64,000 nt of DNA. It comes from Spirochaetia bacterium (GTDB lineage: Bacteria; Spirochaetota; Spirochaetia; SZUA-6; Bin103). The position numbers and the translations under genes were made by a program. Location of the stretch: assembly GCA_965203905.1 (NCBI GenBank), contig CBDBDQ010000005.1, positions 1,984,001 to 2,048,000 on the forward strand. The letters run 5' to 3'. Below are positions 58,169 to 64,000 of the stretch, in pieces (the stretch's first letter is position 1; each line of letters begins with the position of its first letter). The notes below the pieces were generated by a model. The model was not told the DNA's origin. It saw only the letters and a list, made by a program, of their open reading frames with translations, and made no database searches.

Positions 58169-59014
58169 ATGACCGACCTGCTGCTCTCGGTGGTAGAGCA
58201 CCGTGTCTGTGATCACTACCAGCCAAAGCTACGCGCCGCTCTCGGCTGCGTGGATGCCGGCCTGCTCTGGGATGAATCGGACCCGAACCCTGTCGGTGCC
58301 ATCGTGCTGCACCTGCTGGCCCACCTGCGGGGCGTGACGAGGATGCTGTCGACCGGTAGTGCAAGGTCCGAGCCGCTCGAGGAGTTGTTTCCGGAAACCG
58401 GACAGCCGCCGGACGAACTGGTGGCCGAGCTGACCGCGGCCAGCCGCGACTTCCGAGCCGCGATCATCGCGTGTCGTCAGCGACAGTCGCTACCGGACGA
58501 CGTGACGGTGCAACGGATCCTGCACCTGATGGAGCATCTTGGCTACCACACCGGTCAAGTCGTGTACGCGATCCGAGCCAAGACCGGGCGTGAGTTCCGG
58601 TTCGCGCAGACCGGCCTCGACGAAGCCGCCCAGCGCCGGCTGGTCGAGCACGACCGCCTCATCGCCACTAAGGAAGAACGCTTCGACAAGGTCAAGGAGA
58701 TAGTCCGGGAAGATCTCGAAGGGCACTTTGGCGCCCTGTTTGCATTCGACCCTATCGTTGTCCATCCAGCAGTTGACGAGTTTGGGGATGGCGACGGAGA
58801 GGTCTACCTGCGCATCCTGATCATCTTCGATGGCGACCAGGATCAGCTCGATCCCGATTGGACATCCGGCTTGATCCCGCGCATTCGCCCGAGCTTGTTT
58901 GATGTCGGAGTAGAAGAATACCCGGTCCCGTCGTTCATCAAGAGAACCGAGTGGCAGAGCATGCTACCCAAGTGGCGTCGTTTGCACCCGGAAGTCCCCC
59001 TTGAGACCGGCTGA
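58169..59014 (+). CDS. Fusion of a DinB/YfiT-like domain and an uncharacterised HEPN-partner domain
   Basis: N-half: NPVG.IVLHL..HL and EHLGYHTGQ (DinB-type His motifs); C-terminal ~110 aa clearly paralogous to 60965-61258. Confidence 0.75.
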   Translation: MTDLLLSVVEHRVCDHYQPKLRAALGCVDAGLLWDESDPNPVGAIVLHLLAHLRGVTRMLSTGSARSEPLEELFPETGQPPDELVAELTAASRDFRAAIIACRQRQSLPDDVTVQRILHLMEHLGYHTGQVVYAIRAKTGREFRFAQTGLDEAAQRRLVEHDRLIATKEERFDKVKEIVREDLEGHFGALFAFDPIVVHPAVDEFGDGDGEVYLRILIIFDGDQDQLDPDWTSGLIPRIRPSLFDVGVEEYPVPSFIKRTEWQSMLPKWRRLHPEVPLETG

Positions 59015-59210
59015 CTTCATCGCCACGGCGCGCATCATGCAAAAGGAGCGACATGACGCTGACTACGACCCCGATGCTGCCTTCTTCAAGTCCGCGGTGA
59101 TCGCAAGCATCGCCCACGCGGAAGCCGCGATTAAGCGCTTCGCCCTTGCTCCGCTGTAGGATCGGCGCGCATTCGCGGTATACGTGTTGCTGGATCTCAG
59201 ACCCAACTGA
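59001..59210 (+). pseudogene. HEPN-domain gene remnant (large internal deletion plus in-frame TAG)
   Basis: Reads LRPADFIATAR-IMQKERHDADYDP...AIKRF...*DRRAFAVYVLL, collinear with the start and end of 61290-61778; TAG at 59157. Confidence 0.85.
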
Positions 59211-59283
59211 TAGTTACTCGATGCGGCCGCGCCGGCCGGAGTGCGTCCGGAGCCGGCGTCGTACGGCCGGATACGCTGGGGCG

Positions 59284-60087
59284 CTACAGGCGGTCCTCGG
59301 CGCGGTCGGCGGGTTCGAAGCCCAGCACGGCGCGCGTGTGCTCGGCGTCCAGCCAGCGGTAGCGGTTGCCAGACACGGCATAGAAGATGTCGAAGCGCAT
59401 TTCGGGCGGCGCGTTTACCGCCAGCTCGGCCACGGTCGCGACGTCGCGCTGGCTGCACCAGAGCGCCGAGCCGGCCGCGCCCTGAGGGGCGTCCGCCTTG
59501 TTCACGCCGCCGATGCGCAGGCACAGGCACGACAGGCCGTGGCCGTCGGCGTAGGCACGGCACAGGCCCTCGCCCCACACCTTGCTCGCCGAGTAGGGCT
59601 CGGTGGGGCGTACCGCATCGCGGTGGGTCACTTGGTGGAAGTCGGCGGGCACGGCGTCGAAGCGCGCCTCGCGGATCGCCTTGTAGGGCTCATCGAACTG
59701 GTAGCCCCAGTCGGTCATCACCGTGCTGGCGTAGACGATGCGCCGCACCCCCTGGCTCCGGCACGCCTCCAGCACGTTGTATCCGCCCACCACGTTGCTG
59801 TGCACGATGGCCGCGAACGGCGCCGATGGATCGGGCACCGCACCCATGTGCACCACCACCTCGGCTCCCGCGAACGCCTGCTCCACGGCCGCCAGGTCGC
59901 CCAGGTCGGCGCGCGCGTAGCGCTCCGGCGGGCAACTGAGAGGCTTCTCCGTGGCCACCCGCTCCGACCGCTCGTAACGCCGGCTGCTCCCGGTCACCTC
60001 GTAGCGCTCCGGCTGCGCCGCCAGGTGCGCGTACACCACGTCTCCGATCAACCCGGTCACTCCGGTCACGTGTACCTTCAACGGCAT
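59284..60087 (-). CDS. NAD-dependent epimerase/dehydratase (uronate dehydrogenase-like extended SDR)
   Basis: VTGVTGLIG, VVHMGA, YNVLEAC, YSASKVWGE, LRIG, WCSQRD. Confidence 0.9.
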   Translation of the reverse strand: MPLKVHVTGVTGLIGDVVYAHLAAQPERYEVTGSSRRYERSERVATEKPLSCPPERYARADLGDLAAVEQAFAGAEVVVHMGAVPDPSAPFAAIVHSNVVGGYNVLEACRSQGVRRIVYASTVMTDWGYQFDEPYKAIREARFDAVPADFHQVTHRDAVRPTEPYSASKVWGEGLCRAYADGHGLSCLCLRIGGVNKADAPQGAAGSALWCSQRDVATVAELAVNAPPEMRFDIFYAVSGNRYRWLDAEHTRAVLGFEPADRAEDRL

Positions 60088-60218
60088 GCTCGTCGGTCAA
60101 CCTCCTGCACCGTCCGATTATACCCGGGAATGCCCGGAACGGTTGGGGCGCGGCCCAGGCCCGCCAAGCCCGGCGCAGGCGTTGCGGCACTCAGCGAGGC
60201 AGCTCTGCCAGCAATTGC

Positions 60219-60473
60219 CCAATTTGGGTAGTGGGTTTGAATTCCCCGCCTCTTGTGCAGGCCCAGCGGCCCTGGCTTGGGCTTCAGCTATAGATCACCT
60301 CGTAGGCCGTCCAATGCCGGCCGGCAACGCCAGCCGCCACGTCGCCAGCGGTTCGGCGAACTTTTTTCACCCTTTCGGGGTCAGTCGTAGGTGAGAATAA
60401 GAGGTGAGATTGACCTTTTTCCAAAACCTGCCACGATGTGTCGTGATAGTGGCTGACCCACTACCCCAATTTG
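60219..60473. mobile_element. ~255-bp non-coding element with imperfect terminal inverted repeats (MITE/REP-like)
   Basis: CCAATTTGGGTAGTGGGT (60219-60236) versus ACCCACTACCCCAATTTG (60456-60473): 16/18 inverted match; lower-GC interior. Confidence 0.6.
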
Positions 60474-60477
60474 CTCG

Positions 60478-60790
60478 TCAGTGGATCTCGTCGTCGGCGC
60501 CGTCGGCTGCTACCGCCACGTCGCCCTGCAGGGTGATGGGCGTGGGGTGGCGGGAAGCACACAGATAGGATAGGCGGTGTCCTGGCCGTCACCATGTGGC
60601 CTATCGCGGTCTCGGCGGCCAAGTACTGCTCTGTCGCGGCGGGCTGCCGGCCCTCGGTCGCGTCGAGCCGCCGCCACCAGCTCCGGGGTGAGCTCGGTGG
60701 GCGGGGAGCCCGGGCACGCAGGTCACGTGTACCTTCCATGGCATGCTGGTCCAAACCTCCGGATTCGTTGAAGCGTGGCGCCGGTCCCGG
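60478..60790 (-). pseudogene. Chimeric decayed duplicate: 5' end of the epimerase gene fused to the 3' third of the SDR gene
   Basis: 60478-60728 aligns with 61791-62044; 60721-60760 aligns with 60064-60105 including ATG and SD; junction GGTCACGT is shared by all three loci. Confidence 0.85.
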
Positions 60791-60810
60791 CTTCGGTGCT
60801 ATCTTCGGGG

Positions 60811-60840
60811 ATGAGTCAGCACGGTCACACCGTGACACGC
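60811..60840 (+). repeat. Dispersed leader repeat, copy 3
   Basis: ATGAGTCAGCACGGTCACACCGTGACACG, 27/29 identical to the start of 50288; preceded by TGC-TATCTT. Confidence 0.75.
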
Positions 60841-60964
60841 GAGACGATGCAGATCGATACACGGGCATCGCCTGCGGGCCCGGTATCCTCGGACCAAGGG
60901 TCACGGTGTCGGCTGCAGTAGGGCGTAAGAGTGCGGTTCGCATGAAACGCCCATTGGGGAGACG

Positions 60965-61258
60965 ATGACACAACAGCAGTCATTCGAGAAGGTCAAGGAG
61001 ATCGTAAAGGAAGACCTCGAGGGGCACTTCAAGGACAAATTCGTGTTTGATCCGATCGTCGTAGAGCCTGCGGTGGACGAATTCGGAGATGGTACGGGCG
61101 AGACTTACCTCAATGTCCTGATCGTCTTTGACGGCAATCAAGACGATCTCGATCCGGAGTGGACCTCGGGGTTGATCGGGCGTGTATCCGACAAACTGAT
61201 CGCCGCGGACATCCAGGAATTTCCGTGTCCTTCCTTTATCAAGAAGTCGGAGTGGTAG
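60965..61258 (+). CDS. Uncharacterised small acidic protein upstream of HEPN gene (putative antitoxin/partner)
   Basis: SD GGGGAG; FDPIVV.PAVDEFGDG.GE.YL..LI.FDG.QD.LDP.WTSGLI conserved with the paralog; may be C-terminally truncated (TAG where paralog has CAG). Confidence 0.8.
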   Translation: MTQQQSFEKVKEIVKEDLEGHFKDKFVFDPIVVEPAVDEFGDGTGETYLNVLIVFDGNQDDLDPEWTSGLIGRVSDKLIAADIQEFPCPSFIKKSEW

Positions 61259-61289
61259 TCCAGAATCGTCTGACCTCGGATATCGAGCG

Positions 61290-61778
61290 TTGACGGCGAC
61301 GGACTACATCGCCACCGCTCGGGACTTGGCAGGTGCCAATAGCGCGGCGAAACCACGGGAAACCAACTTGCGGCGCGCGGTCAGCACCACTTACTACGCG
61401 ATATTTCACTGTATGGCAGCGTTTGGAGCTGATCTGCTCGCGGGAGACTTGACTGCCGATCGCAACAACTCAGCGTGGCGTCAAGCCTACCGAGCGCTGG
61501 ACCACGGAAACGCGAAGACGCGATGCGAGAGTGCCGAGATTGCACGATTCCCCGTGGCCATTCGGAATCTCGCCAAGTCTTTCATCGCCCTGCAGAAGAA
61601 ACGGCATTATGCTGACTACGACCCGGCGACAACTTACAATGGTAAGTCGATTTCCAAATCGGCGGTCATTCAAGACATCCGTAACGCTGAGACTGTCATC
61701 AGGCACGTTGGAAGTGTTTCCAAGAGGGATCTGCGCGCTTTCGCTATCTTCGTGTTACTGAAGCACAGAAAGGACTGA
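61290..61778 (+). CDS. HEPN-domain protein (putative RNase toxin)
   Basis: LRRAVSTTYYAIFH and LQKKRHYADYD motifs typical of HEPN-fold proteins. Confidence 0.8.
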   Translation: MTATDYIATARDLAGANSAAKPRETNLRRAVSTTYYAIFHCMAAFGADLLAGDLTADRNNSAWRQAYRALDHGNAKTRCESAEIARFPVAIRNLAKSFIALQKKRHYADYDPATTYNGKSISKSAVIQDIRNAETVIRHVGSVSKRDLRAFAIFVLLKHRKD

Positions 61779-61790
61779 TTCGGGCGTGGT

Positions 61791-62594
61791 TTAGTAGCGG
61801 ATCTCGCTGGCGGCGCCGCCGGCGGCTACCACCACGTCACCCTGCAGGGCGACGGAGCGCGGGGAGGCGAGGAAACATACCAGCCAGGCGACATCCTGGG
61901 CGGTCACCATGCGCCCGATCGCGGTTTCCGCGGCCAGGTCCTGCTCGATCTCCGCGTCCGGCCGACTCTCCGCTGCCGCGCGCCGGGCTACCAGTTCCGG
62001 GGTGAGCTCGGTGCGCGTGGAGCCGGGGTGAACGCAGGTCACGTTGATGCCGTAGGGCCCCAGCTCGGTGGCGAGATTCCTCGTGAGCGCCACCACGCCG
62101 GCGTTGCGGATGCTGCCGATGATGGAGCCCGCGCGCCGCGCCGCCAGGCCGGCGACGTTGATGATGCGCCCCCAGCCGCGCTGTCGCATGAACCGGGCGG
62201 CTTCCCGCGCACAGCGCAGGTAGCCCAGCACCTTCACGTCCAGCGCCTGCTCGAACTGGTCGGCGGTCAGGTCCTCCAGCCCCGGGTTGGGCGCCAGCCA
62301 CGCCACCGGGGCCGCGCAGTTGACCAGTATGTCGACGCCGCCCAGCTCCTCCGCGGCGCGCTGCATCAAGGCGCGCACCGAGGCATCGTCGGTGGTGTCC
62401 GCCGGCACCGCTACGACCCTGTGGTGGCGCGAGGCTCCGCCCAATTGCGTCGCGGCCTGCTCCAGCGGCTCGCGCCCGCGCGCGGCGATCACCACCGCCA
62501 CTCCGGCCCCTGCCAACTCGGCAGCCACGGCCCGTCCGATGCCGCGGCTGCCCCCGGTCACCACTGCCGTACGCCCCCGCAATTCCAGATCCAT
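61791..62594 (-). CDS. Short-chain dehydrogenase/reductase
   Basis: MDLEL.G..AVVTGGSRGIG, VDILVNCA, WGRIINV, GINVTCVHPG; YxxxK replaced by SIRNA. Confidence 0.92.
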   Translation of the reverse strand: MDLELRGRTAVVTGGSRGIGRAVAAELAGAGVAVVIAARGREPLEQAATQLGGASRHHRVVAVPADTTDDASVRALMQRAAEELGGVDILVNCAAPVAWLAPNPGLEDLTADQFEQALDVKVLGYLRCAREAARFMRQRGWGRIINVAGLAARRAGSIIGSIRNAGVVALTRNLATELGPYGINVTCVHPGSTRTELTPELVARRAAAESRPDAEIEQDLAAETAIGRMVTAQDVAWLVCFLASPRSVALQGDVVVAAGGAASEIRY

Positions 62595-62730
62595 CCCGAC
62601 TCCTCCCGTGCACACGGCCCGTGCCGTGCTCGCCGGGAGGTTACCAGCCGTGGACGGCCATTCGCCACCCGCAGGACCCGTCTGGTGCCGGGGATTTGAG
62701 ACCGGCGCAAAGACGGGTTAGGGTGACGCA

Positions 62731-64000
62731 ATGGCCACACGCAGGCTGCCGCTCGGCATCCAGAACTTCCGCGAGCTGCGCGAGCTGGACTGCTACTACG
62801 TGGACAAGACCGCCTACGTCAAACGGCTGCTGGACCAGGGCAAGTACTACTTCCTGTCGCGCCCGCGGCGGTTCGGGAAGAGCCTGTTCCTGGACACGCT
62901 GAAGGAGCTGTTCGAGGGCAGCGAGGAGCTGTTCGCGGGCTTGTACATCCACGAGCGCTGGACCTGGTCGGATCGGCATCCGGTGGTGCGGCTGAGCTTC
63001 GGCGGCCGCCACTTCGCGGCGCCCGGCGATCTGGGCGCCAACCTGGCGGCGCAGTTGGATGACATCGAAGTCGAGGCGGGCGTGAGTCCCCGCTACCAGA
63101 CTGCGCCGGAGCGGTTCGGATACCTGATCCGGACCCTGCACCGGCAAACCGGGCAGCGGGTGGTGGTGCTGGTCGACGAGTACGACAAGCCGATCCTGGA
63201 CGCGCTGGAGAATCAGGAATTGGCGGGCGCCAACCGCGACTTCCTGCGCGGCCTGTACGGGGTGATCAAGGACAGCGACGCGCACGTGCGGTTCGCGTTC
63301 CTCACCGGCATCAGCAAGTTCTCCAAGGTGAGTCTGACCGACATCACGCTGGACCTGCGCTACTCGTCGATCTGCGGCTACACGGAACATGACCTGGACA
63401 CGGTGTTCGGTCCGGAACTGGCCGGACTGGACAGGGACCAGGTGCGGGAGTGGTACAACGGCTATCGCTGGCGCGGCGACGAGAGGGTGTACAACCCCTA
63501 CGACGTGCTGCTGCTGCTCGACAGCCGCGAATTCGCGGCCCATTGGTTCGAGACCGGGACGCCGGCGTTCCTGGTCAAAAAGCTGTTCGAGCGCCGGGTG
63601 TCGTCGGTGTCACTCGACGAGATGGTGAGCACGGAGAGACTGCTGTCGGCGTTCGACGTGGAGCACGTCGGCACGGAGGCGCTGTTGTTCCAGACCGGCT
63701 ACCTGACGATCACCGGAGAGGAACGGCTGGGAGGCAAGACGCTGTATCGGCTTGGCTATCCGAACCGGGAGGTGCGCGAGAGCCTGAACGAACAACTGCT
63801 GCTGCACCTGGTGCAGGATACCGACCGGCAAACGGCGAACAGCGTGCGCCTGGCGCGGCTGCTGGAGGCGCACGACTGCGCCGGGCTGAAGGAGCTGTTC
63901 CACGCGTTCTACGCGAGCATCCCGTATCAATGGTACACGAACAACGACATTGCCGAGTACGAGGGCTTCTATGCCAGCGTGTTCTACTCCTACTTCGCGG
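62731..64000 (+). CDS. AAA-ATPase-like protein of the family usually fused to a C-terminal PD-(D/E)XK nuclease; 3'-truncated by window edge
   Basis: Absent from the ORF track (no stop in window); LPLGIQNF, YYVDKT, LSRPRRFGKSL, VLVDEYDKP, WYNGY, VYNP, WFETGTP, FQTGYLTI, YPNREV, YEGFYASVFY; TTGAGA-N17-TAGGGT 6 nt upstream. Confidence 0.93.
   Translation, partial: MATRRLPLGIQNFRELRELDCYYVDKTAYVKRLLDQGKYYFLSRPRRFGKSLFLDTLKELFEGSEELFAGLYIHERWTWSDRHPVVRLSFGGRHFAAPGDLGANLAAQLDDIEVEAGVSPRYQTAPERFGYLIRTLHRQTGQRVVVLVDEYDKPILDALENQELAGANRDFLRGLYGVIKDSDAHVRFAFLTGISKFSKVSLTDITLDLRYSSICGYTEHDLDTVFGPELAGLDRDQVREWYNGYRWRGDERVYNPYDVLLLLDSREFAAHWFETGTPAFLVKKLFERRVSSVSLDEMVSTERLLSAFDVEHVGTEALLFQTGYLTITGEERLGGKTLYRLGYPNREVRESLNEQLLLHLVQDTDRQTANSVRLARLLEAHDCAGLKELFHAFYASIPYQWYTNNDIAEYEGFYASVFYSYFA

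Noticed and set aside
59157-59159. In-frame TAG read-through (pyrrolysine or recoding) in the HEPN remnant and at 61256
   Set aside because: The HEPN copy also has a large deletion, no pyl genes are in the window, and TAG is used as a normal stop in many genes here

Overview
64-kb window of a very GC-rich bacterial chromosome. The gene content suggests a host-associated, probably sponge-symbiotic Spirochaetaceae-like organism (inference): three Opp/Dpp-family ABC transporter clusters, three Cys-type sulfatases, GH29/GH95/GH31/sialidase-like hydrolases, and secreted ankyrin and Ig-like lipoproteins. It also carries a ppk1/ppx/ROK polyphosphate locus, a double-MoxR operon and a two-component pair. 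Small defence or toxin-antitoxin cassettes sit in intergenic spaces (BrnTA, VapBC-like, ABC-ATPase+DUF4276-like, two paralogous 'unknown partner + HEPN' modules, AAA/PD-(D/E)XK). The most notable unannotated signals are these. (i) A frameshifted IS110 element whose left non-coding end folds into a ~195-nt structure, with a hairpin loop complementary to both element ends (candidate bridge/guide RNA). (ii) Cassettes flanked by decayed duplicates of neighbouring gene ends, one joined at an exact 8-bp microhomology. (iii) A 30-80-bp leader motif repeated at three unrelated gene starts. (iv) Many apparently leaderless sigma70 promoters. No rRNA, tRNA or CRISPR array was seen. All calls come from reading the sequence and recalling motifs; no searches were run.
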